Of a stretch of DNA of 64,000 nucleotides, positions 8,375 through 18,090 are shown piece by piece (the stretch's first letter is position 1; every line of letters begins with the position of its first letter). Origin of the DNA: Candidatus Eisenbergiella pullistercoris (GTDB lineage: Bacteria > Bacillota > Clostridia > Lachnospirales > Lachnospiraceae). The notes under the pieces are model-generated. The model searched no databases and was not told the DNA's origin. It worked only from the letters and a program-made list of their open reading frames with translations. The stretch spans positions 10,877 to 74,876 of the forward strand of contig DXDD01000156.1 in NCBI GenBank assembly GCA_019115665.1. The letters run 5' to 3'. The position numbers were made by a program, and so were the translations under genes.

Positions 8375-10374
8375 AAGCGGACAATCATATTCATGTGGCG
8401 TTTGTGGGCAATCCCAACTGCGGAAAGACCACGCTGTTCAACGCGGTCACGGGCTCAAAGCTGAAGGTGGCGAACTGGCCCGGCGTAACCGTGGAAAAAT
8501 ACGAAGGAAACATCACCTATGAGGGGTATGATCTGAAGCTGGTGGATACGCCTGGCATCTATTCCCTCACCTGCTATACCATCGAGGAGATGGTGACCAG
8601 AAAATGTGTGCTGGACGACGACATCGAAGCGATCGTCAATGTGGTGGACGCTTCCAGCCTGGAGCGGAATCTGTATCTGACGCTTCAGCTTCTGGAGCTG
8701 GGAAAGCCGGTCATCCTGGCCCTCAATATGATGGACATCGTGAAGGAGCGGGGCATGGAGATCGACCTGCACCGTCTGCCGGAGATGCTGGGCGACATTC
8801 CGGTCGTGCCGGTTTCCGCCGCAAAGCGGACGGGGCTGGATATTCTGATGCATGCCGTGGTGCATCACTATGAGGAAGGGCCGAAGCGCGACATTCTGAA
8901 CTACGGAGAAGAGCTGGAGGCGAAGCTTTCCGTGCTGGAGGAGCGGATGAAGGACAGCTATCCGAACCATTCCTCCGTCCGCTGGCATGCCATCAAGCTG
9001 CTGGAAAACGACCCCGAGGTGAAGAAGGATCATCCCATCGAGCTGAAGGGCGTGGCGGACCGCAGCTATGAGAAGGAGATCACGGAGAAAAAATATGAAT
9101 ATATCGAGACGGTGATCGACGAGATCCTGTTCTACAAAGCGAAAAAGGCGGCGGGAACGGACAGGATCGACCGGGTGCTCACCCATCCGGTCTGGGGCGT
9201 TCCGGTGTTTCTGTGCATCATGGCGCTGGTGTTCTTTCTGACCTTTGCCGTCGGCGATTTCCTGAAGGGCGGCCTGGAATATGCCCTTGCCGTCGTTTCC
9301 GATCTGATGCGCGCGGGGCTGACCGCGATCCATACGGCGGACTGGATGATCTCTCTGGTGGTAGACGGCGTTGTGGCCGGAGTGGGCGGCATCCTGACCT
9401 TCATCCCCAATATTTTCATCCTGTTCCTGGCGCTGGCCATTCTGGAGGACAGCGGATACATGGCGAGAGTGGCCTATGTGATGGACGGGATCATGGGGCG
9501 CGTGGGTCTGTCCGGAAAGGCGTTTCTGCCCATGATCCTGGGATTCGGCTGTACGGTTCCCGCCATCATGGCGACCCGGGCGCTGGAAAGCGAGCATGAC
9601 AGAAGGCGGACCATGATCGTGACGCCCTTCATGTCCTGCTCGGCGAGACTCCCGATCTATGTGCTGTTTTCGGAAATGTTTTTCCCGGACTGCTCCATGC
9701 TTGTGGCCTTTTCCATGTATGTGATCGGTATGGTCACGGCGATTCTTGTTGCGCTCATCGAGAACCGGCTGGAGAAGGGGAAGGAGAACCAGTCCCTTCT
9801 CATCGAGCTTCCGGAGTATAAAAGACCCAACGCAAGGACCATCCGCACCTATGTGTGGAACAAGCTGAAGGACTATCTGACAAAGGCGGGGACCACCATT
9901 TTCTTCGCCTCCATCGTGATCTGGTTTGTCCTGAATTTCGGCATGCGGGGAATGGTGACGGACCCTTCCGAAAGCTTTGGCGCGGCCATCGGCCGTTTCC
10001 TGGTTCCCGTGCTCGCTCCGGCGGGACTGGGCCTGTGGCAGATCGCTGTGGCGCTGATCTCCGGCATTTCCGCCAAGGAGGTGGTGGTTTCTTCCTTCTC
10101 CGTGCTGTTCGGCGTTTCCAATGTGAACTCCGCAGCGGGCATGGAAACGATCATAGAAAATATCCGGCAGTTCGATCCGTCCTTCGGAAGCCTGAACGCC
10201 TTCTGCCTGATGCTGTTCTGCCTGCTGTATGTGCCCTGCGCCGCCACCATCGGAACGATCCATAAGGAGAGCCGTTCCTGGAAATTCACCTGCGGCATGC
10301 TGGCCTTCCAGCTGATCCTTGCCTGGGCTGTGAGTGTGATCGTTTTCCAGGTAGGGTCCCTGTTCCCTGGGTGA
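8371..10374 (+). CDS. feoB: Ferrous iron transport protein B
   Basis: GNPNCGKTT, NWPGVTVE, DTPGIYSL, GFGCTVP, FMSCSARLP, YVPCAAT. Confidence 0.97.
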   Translation: MKADNHIHVAFVGNPNCGKTTLFNAVTGSKLKVANWPGVTVEKYEGNITYEGYDLKLVDTPGIYSLTCYTIEEMVTRKCVLDDDIEAIVNVVDASSLERNLYLTLQLLELGKPVILALNMMDIVKERGMEIDLHRLPEMLGDIPVVPVSAAKRTGLDILMHAVVHHYEEGPKRDILNYGEELEAKLSVLEERMKDSYPNHSSVRWHAIKLLENDPEVKKDHPIELKGVADRSYEKEITEKKYEYIETVIDEILFYKAKKAAGTDRIDRVLTHPVWGVPVFLCIMALVFFLTFAVGDFLKGGLEYALAVVSDLMRAGLTAIHTADWMISLVVDGVVAGVGGILTFIPNIFILFLALAILEDSGYMARVAYVMDGIMGRVGLSGKAFLPMILGFGCTVPAIMATRALESEHDRRRTMIVTPFMSCSARLPIYVLFSEMFFPDCSMLVAFSMYVIGMVTAILVALIENRLEKGKENQSLLIELPEYKRPNARTIRTYVWNKLKDYLTKAGTTIFFASIVIWFVLNFGMRGMVTDPSESFGAAIGRFLVPVLAPAGLGLWQIAVALISGISAKEVVVSSFSVLFGVSNVNSAAGMETIIENIRQFDPSFGSLNAFCLMLFCLLYVPCAATIGTIHKESRSWKFTCGMLAFQLILAWAVSVIVFQVGSLFPG

Positions 10375-10465
10375 TCGCCCTGCGGCGGTGACTTCGCCTG
10401 CAGAAGAAGCCCGGCCTGAGAGAGATATCTCCTGCGGCAGGGGCACCGCCCGGGCAGGGCTGAGA

Positions 10466-10537
10466 CTGTCCGGGCGATGCCGATATTGCTCAGGAATGCG
10501 CGGGAGTGTCAGGGCGATACAGATATTGCCCTGACAG
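10466..10537. terminator. Paired hairpins / probable bidirectional terminator between convergent genes
   Basis: TGTCAGGGCGATAC-AG-ATATTGCCCTGACA stem preceded by a degenerate duplicate (GGGCGATGCCGATATTGCTC). Confidence 0.5.
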
Positions 10538-10555
10538 GAAACGGCTTCCCGCATA

Positions 10556-11110
10556 TTATTCCAGCATCACGCCCACGATCCTGCGGACTTCTCCGTCCTG
10601 CTGTACTTCAAAGAAAAAGGAGGCTTCCTCTCTGACAGCCTCCAGGGCTGCCTTCACATCCTCATCCTCCACCTGGAAAGCTGCCGGAGCGCCGTCCACC
10701 ATGATCTCCACGGTGTGATTATCGGCCCAGCCGTTGAGCGTCCCTTCCAGAACGGAGACGGTAAGGGTTTCGGTTTCCGGCTCTGCGGTTCCGGCGCTTT
10801 CCGCCGCTTCAGAGGATACGGCGGTCTCCGGCTCCGGGGAAGCCGTTTCCACATTTTCTGCTGTGGCTTCCGGCTGTGCGGAAGCTGTTTCTGTGTTCTC
10901 TGCTGCGGCTTCCGGCTGTGCGGAAGCTGTTTCTGTGTTCTCCGCTGCGGATTCCTGCGGGACGGCTTCTTCCGTCCCGGCCGGCGCCTGCCCGGTCAGT
11001 GTCTGCCCGGCCGGCTCCCGGGAGCAGGCGCAGAGCATGGCGGCAAGCAGGCAGGCGGTGAATGCCAGGATCCGTTTCTTTTTCATTTTCATTTCAACTG
11101 CCATCATCAT
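10556..11110 (-). CDS. Predicted lipoprotein with Ala/Glu/Thr-rich repeat linker and small acidic C-terminal domain
   Basis: AAGGAG RBS; KKKR n-region, hydrophobic core, LCAC lipobox. Confidence 0.8.
   Translation of the reverse strand: MMMAVEMKMKKKRILAFTACLLAAMLCACSREPAGQTLTGQAPAGTEEAVPQESAAENTETASAQPEAAAENTETASAQPEATAENVETASPEPETAVSSEAAESAGTAEPETETLTVSVLEGTLNGWADNHTVEIMVDGAPAAFQVEDEDVKAALEAVREEASFFFEVQQDGEVRRIVGVMLE
10823..10951 (-). repeat. Coding tandem repeat, 42-bp period, about 3 copies (AAAENTETASAQPE)
   Basis: GGCTTCCGGCTGTGCGGAAGCTGTTTCTGTGTTCTC recurs at 10865 and 10907. Confidence 0.85.
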
Positions 11111-11324
11111 TTTCTCCTTCGTGTCTGGTTCAATTTTGTGCTTCTGACAGGATTATACCGCAAAGAGCATGCCGCTGTCATGGAAGAGAAGGAGAAGAAT
11201 CTCTTAATTCTTTCTGAAGCCGGGCATGCCGTGTCAGGAAGCCGCTTTTTACAGGGCAGGAGTTCCGGAGGAACATTTTACGGTTTTTTCCTGGTCAGCA
11301 TTCCTGCCGGAGGAAATTGCCTCA

Positions 11325-11627
11325 CTACGGAAAAAACTCCGGTTTCCCGGATTCTTACCGTAGGAAATTGCCCTTCACTACGGGCAGAAATCCGATTTTC
11401 TCGATTCTTACCGTAGAAAATTCCTTCTCTCTACGGGCAATGATCCGGTTTTCCCGATTCTTACCGTAGGAAAGCCACTTTCTCTACGGGCAAAACACCG
11501 GTTTTCCGGATTCCTACCGTAGAACGCCCCTGAAATCTACGGGTAAAAAGCCAATTTCCCTGATTCCGGCCGTAGAATGCCCCTGAAATCTACGGTATAA
11601 AACCGGAAATTCCTATTTTGGCCGTAG
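11325..11627. repeat. Non-coding array of six 53-bp palindromic units (CTACGG-N27-CCGTAG-N14)
   Basis: CTACGG at 11325, 11378, 11431, 11484, 11537, 11590, each paired with a downstream CCGTAG; decayed units upstream at about 11247-11320. Confidence 0.92.
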
Positions 11628-11641
11628 AGGGATCCTGATTC

Positions 11642-11776
11642 GTTATAATTCAGCCTCCGGCTGAATTATAACGGCATCCGGCCATTCCAATCGCTTCGCG
11701 ATGGGCCGGATGCTTCCGCCCTATGCGCTTTCGTACGGTCTGCGCGGTAAATGAGCAGACCTGGCTGAGCAGTAAC
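11642..11776 (-). mobile_element. 135-bp MITE/REP-like element, copy 2 (inverted)
   Basis: Reverse complement aligns end-to-end with 2813-2947; flanked by CCTGATTC (11634-11641) and CCTGATTT (11777-11784). Confidence 0.8.
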
Positions 11777-11805
11777 CCTGATTTCCGCAGATCCGCAAAT
11801 CCCGA

Positions 11806-11834
11806 TTGACAAACGCGCCCTGTTTGCTTAAACT
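11806..11834 (+). promoter_or_regulatory. Sigma-A-like promoter of gltX
   Basis: TTGACA-17bp-TAAACT. Confidence 0.65.
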
Positions 11835-11887
11835 GATGCATATATGACGCCGGCCGGGGCGAACCCGGGCGGCCCGGAAAGGAATCG

Positions 11888-13354
11888 ATGAAAATGAAAA
11901 TAAGAACACGTTTCGCACCCAGTCCCACGGGCAGAATGCACGTGGGAAATCTGCGTACCGCGCTGTATGCGTACCTGATCGCCAAGCATGAAGGCGGCGA
12001 TTTTATCCTGCGCATTGAGGATACGGACCAGGAAAGATATGTGGAGGGGGCTGTGGACATCATCTACAGGACGCTTCAGAAGACGGGCCTTGTCCACGAC
12101 GAGGGCCCGGACAAGGACGGAGGCGTGGGCCCCTATGTCCAGAGCGAGCGCCAGAAGCAGGGCATTTATCTGGAGTATGCCAAAAAGCTGATCGAAAAGG
12201 GCGAGGCCTATTACTGCTTCTGCGACAAGGAGCGGCTTGCCACTCTGACCCGCACCGTGGCCGGCAAGGAGATCAATGTCTATGACAAGCACTGCCTGCA
12301 TCTGTCGAAGGAAGAGGTGGAAGCGAAGCTTGCGGCGGGCGTGCCCTACGTGATCCGGCAGAACAATCCCACGGAAGGGACCACCACCTTCCATGACGAG
12401 ATCTACGGGGATATCACCGTGGACAATGCGGAGCTGGACGACATGATCCTGATCAAGTCCGACGGCTTTCCTACCTATAATTTTGCCAACGTGGTGGACG
12501 ACCACCTGATGGGAATCACGCATGTGGTGAGAGGAAACGAGTACCTGTCCTCTTCTCCCAAGTATAACCGCCTGTATGAGGCGTTCGGCTGGGAGGTGCC
12601 CGTTTATGTGCACTGCCCGCTGATCACGGATGAGGAGCACCACAAGCTGTCCAAGCGCTGCGGCCATTCCTCCTATGAGGATCTGGTGGATCAGGGCTTC
12701 CTGACGGAGGCTATCGTGAATTTCGTCGCGCTGCTCGGCTGGAGCCCGGAGAACAACCAGGAGATCATGTCCATGGACGAGCTGATCCGGGAATTTGATT
12801 ACCGCCATATGTCCAAGTCGCCTGCCGTGTTCGACTACACCAAGCTGAAGTGGATGAACGGCGAGTATATCAAGGCCATGGATTTTGACCGCTTCTATGA
12901 GATGGCGGAGCCTTATCTGAAGGAGGCGATCCAAAAGCCTCTGGATCTGAAAAAGATCGCGGAGATGGTAAAGACCAGGATCGAGATCTTTCCGGATATC
13001 GCCGGCCTGGTGGATTTCTTTGAAGAACTGCCGGAATATGATCCGGCCATGTATGCGCATAAGAAGATGAAGACCACGAAGGAAAGCTCTCTGGAGGTGC
13101 TTTCCGAGGTGCTTCCTCTCCTGGAGGAGCAGGAGGACTACTCCAACGACGCGCTTTACGCGCTGCTGCTTTCCTATGTGGAGAAAAAGGGCTGCAAGAA
13201 CGGCTATGTGATGTGGCCCATCCGTACCGCCGTATCCGGCAGGCAGATGACCCCGGCCGGAGCCACGGAGATCATGGAGATCCTTGGAAAGGAAGAATCC
13301 CTGTCGCGGATCCGTACCGGAATCGAACTGCTGCAGGGCAGTCTGAATGGCTGA
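11888..13354 (+). CDS. gltX: Glutamate--tRNA ligase
   Basis: [12 protein letters not shown] (HIGH), [15 protein letters not shown] (KMSKS). Confidence 0.97.
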   Translation: MKMKIRTRFAPSPTGRMHVGNLRTALYAYLIAKHEGGDFILRIEDTDQERYVEGAVDIIYRTLQKTGLVHDEGPDKDGGVGPYVQSERQKQGIYLEYAKKLIEKGEAYYCFCDKERLATLTRTVAGKEINVYDKHCLHLSKEEVEAKLAAGVPYVIRQNNPTEGTTTFHDEIYGDITVDNAELDDMILIKSDGFPTYNFANVVDDHLMGITHVVRGNEYLSSSPKYNRLYEAFGWEVPVYVHCPLITDEEHHKLSKRCGHSSYEDLVDQGFLTEAIVNFVALLGWSPENNQEIMSMDELIREFDYRHMSKSPAVFDYTKLKWMNGEYIKAMDFDRFYEMAEPYLKEAIQKPLDLKKIAEMVKTRIEIFPDIAGLVDFFEELPEYDPAMYAHKKMKTTKESSLEVLSEVLPLLEEQEDYSNDALYALLLSYVEKKGCKNGYVMWPIRTAVSGRQMTPAGATEIMEILGKEESLSRIRTGIELLQGSLNG

Positions 13355-15209
13355 GCTGCTGCCGAAAGGAACCGGCCCGGCCGCGGAAACCAACCCCGGC
13401 CAGGCGAAAGCCATCGCCCACAGGGACGGGCCCATGCTCGTCCTTGCGGGTCCCGGCTCCGGAAAGACCTACACCATCACTCAGCGGATCCGCTGTCTGA
13501 TCGAAGAGGGCGGAGCGGAGCCGGAATCCATTCTGGTCATCACCTTTACCAGGGCTGCCGCTGATGAAATGAAAGGCAGATTCCTGCGTCTGACGGAAGG
13601 GAAGTTCTATCCCGTGAACTTCGGCACCTTCCACGCTGTCTATTATCACATTCTGAAGAACGCTTATCATTACCGTTCCGGCAATATTTTATCCGAACAG
13701 GAAAAAAGAGAACTGCTGAAGACTGTCATCCTTCAGACAAAAGGGCTTCCTGCCATGGAGGACGACGAGGCGGAGACGCTTCTGAATCAGATCAGCCGCT
13801 ATAAAAACGACGGCTGCCCGGAGGACATTTCCAAAAGCCTGGGAGATACCTGCGCCCTGCGGCCGGAGACATTCGCGGCGGTCTACCACGCCTACAGCCG
13901 GGAAGCGAGGGAAAGACGGAAGCTGGATTTCGACGATATGGTCCTTGGCTGCCGGGAGCTTTTCCTGCAGTACCCCCATATCCTTTCCGCCTGGCAGAAA
14001 AAGTTCCGGTATATTCTGGTGGATGAGTTCCAGGACATCAACGCCATGCAGTATGAGGTGCTGCGCATGCTGGCCCTGCCGGAGAACAATCTGTTCGTGG
14101 TTGGAGACGACGACCAGTCCATCTATGCCTTCCGCGGGGCAAGGCCGGAGCTGATGCTGGGCTTTGAAAAGGATTATCCCAAAGCGCAGCGGGTGGAGCT
14201 TTCCGTCAATTACCGGAGCACCCCGGAGATCCTTGCCTGCGCGGGGAAGCTGATCAGCGTGAATCGGAGCCGCTTCCCGAAAAAAAGCCGCGCGGCGGCG
14301 GGCCATGGGGAGGCGGTCCGTTTTCTGGGATTCCCGGACAGGCAGGCGCAGAACGAAAGGATCGCGCAGGAGCTTCTGGAAGCGGGAAGAGAAAGGGGGA
14401 AGGCCGCCGTCATTTTCCGGACCAACCGGGACGCCGGGGAGCTCGCGGAGCTTCTGATGAAAAAAGGGATCCCCTTCTGGATGAAGGAAAAGCTGAAAAG
14501 CCCCTACCGCAGCCAGACCGCACTGGATCTGCGGGCCTATCTGGCGTTCGCCTTTGGCGGGCAGAGGCGGTCCGACTTTTTCCGCATCATGAACCGGCCG
14601 AAGCGTTATCTTTCCCGCTCCGCCGCGGATATGCCGCAGGTGGATCTGGAAAGGCTGCAGGAATATTACCGGGATAAGCCTTATATGAAGGAGATCCTGA
14701 GAAAGCTGCAGCTGGACCTGGCGCGGCTGAAAAAAATGGATCCCTACGCCGCCGTAAATTATATCCGAAGGGGGATGGGGTATGACGAATACCTCCGACA
14801 GACCGCTCTGGAGCAGGGACAGAGATTTCAGCAGCTGAAGGAAGAGGCGGACTGGTTCCAGCGGCAGGCAAAGGAGTTTCCTTCCCGGGAGGAGCTGGAG
14901 GAACACATTCTTTTTTATGAAAGGGAGCTGGAAAACGCTGCGGCAAAGAAACCGGGGGAGGACTGCGTCAGTCTGCTTACCATGCATGCCTCCAAGGGGC
15001 TGGAATACGACGCGGTGTATATCCCGGACTGCAACGAAGGAACGATCCCGCACAAGAAGAGCATGAAGGGAGAGCAGGTGGAGGAGGAACGGCGGATGTT
15101 TTATGTGGCGATGACGCGGGCAAGAAAGCGTCTGAGCCTTCTGTGGGTGGCGGGAACGAAAGAGGAACCGGGATTTCTCTCCCGGTTCCTCAGCGATCTT
15201 GGCGTATAG
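13347..15209 (+). CDS. UvrD/Rep/PcrA-family SF1 helicase (short paralogue)
   Basis: [54 protein letters not shown]. Confidence 0.92.
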   Translation: MAELLPKGTGPAAETNPGQAKAIAHRDGPMLVLAGPGSGKTYTITQRIRCLIEEGGAEPESILVITFTRAAADEMKGRFLRLTEGKFYPVNFGTFHAVYYHILKNAYHYRSGNILSEQEKRELLKTVILQTKGLPAMEDDEAETLLNQISRYKNDGCPEDISKSLGDTCALRPETFAAVYHAYSREARERRKLDFDDMVLGCRELFLQYPHILSAWQKKFRYILVDEFQDINAMQYEVLRMLALPENNLFVVGDDDQSIYAFRGARPELMLGFEKDYPKAQRVELSVNYRSTPEILACAGKLISVNRSRFPKKSRAAAGHGEAVRFLGFPDRQAQNERIAQELLEAGRERGKAAVIFRTNRDAGELAELLMKKGIPFWMKEKLKSPYRSQTALDLRAYLAFAFGGQRRSDFFRIMNRPKRYLSRSAADMPQVDLERLQEYYRDKPYMKEILRKLQLDLARLKKMDPYAAVNYIRRGMGYDEYLRQTALEQGQRFQQLKEEADWFQRQAKEFPSREELEEHILFYERELENAAAKKPGEDCVSLLTMHASKGLEYDAVYIPDCNEGTIPHKKSMKGEQVEEERRMFYVAMTRARKRLSLLWVAGTKEEPGFLSRFLSDLGV

Positions 15210-15279
15210 GGACAAAAGTCCGGCTTTTCAGGCTCCTCTCCGGCGTTCTTCCGGAAAGGGGAAGCCCTGACGGGCAGGA

Positions 15280-15618
15280 TTATTCTTCTTCCGGCCCGAC
15301 CAGCTCGTCGAACTCGCAGTTGTCCAGATATTCGTCGAAGGCCTCCGCCACGATCTCATATTCGGCGTCGTCTTCGATGTAGCGAAGCTCGGGCTCCTCA
15401 TTGGGATCGGCTTCATTCTCCGAATAGCCGTAGAACCAGACTTCTCCGTCCTCGTTCTGTCCGGACTCGTCCAGGGGAAGAAGAACGATATAATTCTTTC
15501 CTTCCACCTCGAGGATCGTGATGACGGCACAGTTGACTGTGGTACCGTCCTCCAGCTCCAGCTCCACGCTCATTTCCTCCTCCGGCTCTCCGGACGGCTT
15601 TCTGTAATCGCTGCTCAT
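15280..15618 (-). CDS. DUF1292-like acidic protein
   Basis: ATG 15618 after GGAGG; LELEDG...VEGKNYIVLLP...IEDDAEYEIVAEAF. Confidence 0.8.
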   Translation of the reverse strand: MSSDYRKPSGEPEEEMSVELELEDGTTVNCAVITILEVEGKNYIVLLPLDESGQNEDGEVWFYGYSENEADPNEEPELRYIEDDAEYEIVAEAFDEYLDNCEFDELVGPEEE

Positions 15619-15898
15619 GATAGTATCCTCCGTATGTTGTACAGGAATAAAACCGGACGGCTCCGGACCGACGGATCGGGCCATATCCGGCACAGTGACA
15701 GTCCAGAACTGGCTGAACCGATCCCAGTATAGCATAAAGCCGGAGAGATTGCGATAAAAATCTGAAAGGTTCCGGAAAATCTGTTGAGCCCGGGCAGGTA
15801 TTGTATTATAGTATATAGAATAGCGCCTGCCCTCCGGCCTGTGAGGGGAGGCGGCCGGCGCGGTCAGCCGCGCGGCAGGAGCGGAGGGAGGATATGAG

Positions 15899-17311
15899 AT
15901 GAGCGAATTTTCAGAAAAACTGTCCCAGGAGATCAGAAGGACAAATAAGCCGCTGCGTTATCTGGCTGAAGCAAGCGGACTGCAGCTGGACTATATATCC
16001 AAAATGAGCCGCGGAAAGCGTATCCCGCAGGAGGAGGAAAAGCTGAAATGTCTTCTGGACGCCATGGAATGCGTCCAGAGGACCAAAGAGACGCTTCTGC
16101 GGCTTTACCGGCAGGAAAAAATGGGAAGGGCGCGCTGGGGCTGCATGCAGGAGCTGATCCGGATCATCGAGCAGGACGACGGGGCGAATGCAGGGCAGGA
16201 GCAGAGACTTCCCATTCAGACGGCAGAGCGGGACGCCATTGCGGACCGGGAGGATATTTTCCTGCTCGTGAGAAAAATGCTTGCGGAAAAGGAAGGAAAA
16301 CGCCTTCTGATCTGGACCGCGGCCGTAACGCAGGAGGCCATGGAGCGTCTGATGCAGCTGATCGCCGGGACGGCGGCGGGCCCTGTGGAGCATCTGTTTC
16401 CTTTGTGGCAGAATCTGGAGGAAGAGGATACGCTGGAGAATCTGCGGCGTCTGAGAGTGGTAAGGCCGGCCGTTTCCCTTGAGGGCTACCATCCCCGCTA
16501 TTATTATCTGAAAAATGCGGGCGAAACCTCCGGCGGACTGTTCCCGAACTGGTTTCTCGCGGAGGATATGGCCCTGGCGGTGAACGAGGACATGGACTGC
16601 GGGATCGTCCTGCGGGAGAGCTCCCAGATCGGGCTTCTGAAGACGGAATTTCACAAAAAAAGCAGGATGGCAAGGGATCTCGTATGCCGTTACAGCATTT
16701 CAGAATACATGGAAAAGGTAAACCGGATGATGAATACGGGCTACGTGACCCGGAATTATTATATCGAACAGTCCCCCTGCCTGCTGCATCTGATCCCCCT
16801 GAACATCCTCAAGGAGCATCTTCTGATAGAAGGCGAGGGAAGGGAGGCGCTTCTGCGGTCGATCCAGCTTCGCACGACGCATATGCAGCAGGAAGAAATG
16901 GTTCATATTTTTTCCGTGGAAGGACTGCGCTATCTGATGGAGGAGGGAAGGATAACCGGATATCCGGACGCGCTTTACAGGCCGATCGACGTTCCTCTGC
17001 GGATCTGGCTCCTGAAACGGTATTATCAGTACATCCAGAGCACGCCCCATTCCTGTATCTGCGTGAGGGAGGACTGCGTCAGACTGCCGCGGCATATGTC
17101 GATCGTTTCCAGCTCCAACGTGGATAACGGGATGGCTTTCTGGAGCAGTACGCGGGAGGGCTTATCCTTTTATCAGCTGATGGAGGCCGGCATTTCCAGA
17201 AAACTTTATGAGCTCTGCCGGTTTCTGGAGGAAGGGAATCTGACCTGCACCTGCGGCGAAACGCTGGAGCTGATCGGACAGATGATCAGAGAATATGGAG
17301 GGACACTGTAG
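15899..17311 (+). CDS. Hypothetical protein with N-terminal Xre-like HTH, probable regulator
   Basis: GGAGG RBS; LRYLAEASGLQLDYISKMSRGKRIP resembles a HTH; remainder not recognised. Confidence 0.6.
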   Translation: MSEFSEKLSQEIRRTNKPLRYLAEASGLQLDYISKMSRGKRIPQEEEKLKCLLDAMECVQRTKETLLRLYRQEKMGRARWGCMQELIRIIEQDDGANAGQEQRLPIQTAERDAIADREDIFLLVRKMLAEKEGKRLLIWTAAVTQEAMERLMQLIAGTAAGPVEHLFPLWQNLEEEDTLENLRRLRVVRPAVSLEGYHPRYYYLKNAGETSGGLFPNWFLAEDMALAVNEDMDCGIVLRESSQIGLLKTEFHKKSRMARDLVCRYSISEYMEKVNRMMNTGYVTRNYYIEQSPCLLHLIPLNILKEHLLIEGEGREALLRSIQLRTTHMQQEEMVHIFSVEGLRYLMEEGRITGYPDALYRPIDVPLRIWLLKRYYQYIQSTPHSCICVREDCVRLPRHMSIVSSSNVDNGMAFWSSTREGLSFYQLMEAGISRKLYELCRFLEEGNLTCTCGETLELIGQMIREYGGTL

Positions 17312-17432
17312 CAACATTTTCTGTCTAATTTCTGCGCCTACTCAAAAAATATATAAATTCTGTGCTAGAATGAAACGACTAACCGCAGAAATGCGGCGCT
17401 GACATAAGGGAGAGAGGGCAGGTGGAAACAGA

Positions 17433-17810
17433 ATGCAGAGATCAGAGGAGGATTCCAGGCCCGGAGGGAACAGAAAGGGCCAGGATTATGTAAAGACACA
17501 GAAGGAAATCCAGGAAAGGCTCGATCAGCTTCTTCTGGACCGCAGCTGGTCGGAATACCGTCTCGCGAAGGAATGCGGACTGTCGGAATCGACCATCGCG
17601 AATATTTACAGGAGAAACAGCGTGCCGTCCATTGCGACGCTGGAGGCGATCTGCCGCGGGTTCGGGATATCCATGGCGCAGTTTTTCGCGGAAAACGAAA
17701 TGGTCGAGCTCACGCCTCAGACCAGGGAGCTGTTTGAATGCTGGCGTTCCCTGACTTCGGAACAGAAGGAAGGGGTCCTGACCATCATGAGGCTTCTCGG
17801 GAATACCTAG
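17433..17810 (+). CDS. Xre-family HTH transcriptional regulator (start uncertain)
   Basis: SEYRLAKECGLSESTIANIYRRNSVPSIATLEAICRGFGISMAQFF. Confidence 0.85.
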   Translation: MQRSEEDSRPGGNRKGQDYVKTQKEIQERLDQLLLDRSWSEYRLAKECGLSESTIANIYRRNSVPSIATLEAICRGFGISMAQFFAENEMVELTPQTRELFECWRSLTSEQKEGVLTIMRLLGNT

Positions 17811-18090
17811 AAAACCGGAGCGGTCCGCCGCGGCCTGCCGTTAAAGAACGGCGGACTGCGGAGGGCCGCGTTTTCGTTTCCGCCCGGAGGCGGCGCAGAC
17901 GGGCCGCGTTTCCGTTTCCGTCCGGGGCGGCGGCAGACGGACCGCAGAAATTCAGCTGGCACCGTATCCTTCCATATGTTATAATGTTTCTGTCTATATC
18001 TGACGCCCGAAAGAGAAAACGCCTTCGGCGATATATGAGAGGGAAGCTCCGCCCTGCGGCGGATTTTCCGTAAGGAACCAGAAACAGGAG

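Noticed and set aside
11325-11627. CRISPR array interpretation of the 53-bp repeats
   Set aside because: Intervening segments resemble each other rather than being unique spacers, invariant blocks are only 6 bp, and no cas genes are in the window
17986-18090. Riboswitch in the glgX-like leader
   Set aside because: Only generic GC hairpins; the apparent outer stem starts right at the extended -10 and would mostly not be transcribed; no known aptamer motif recognised
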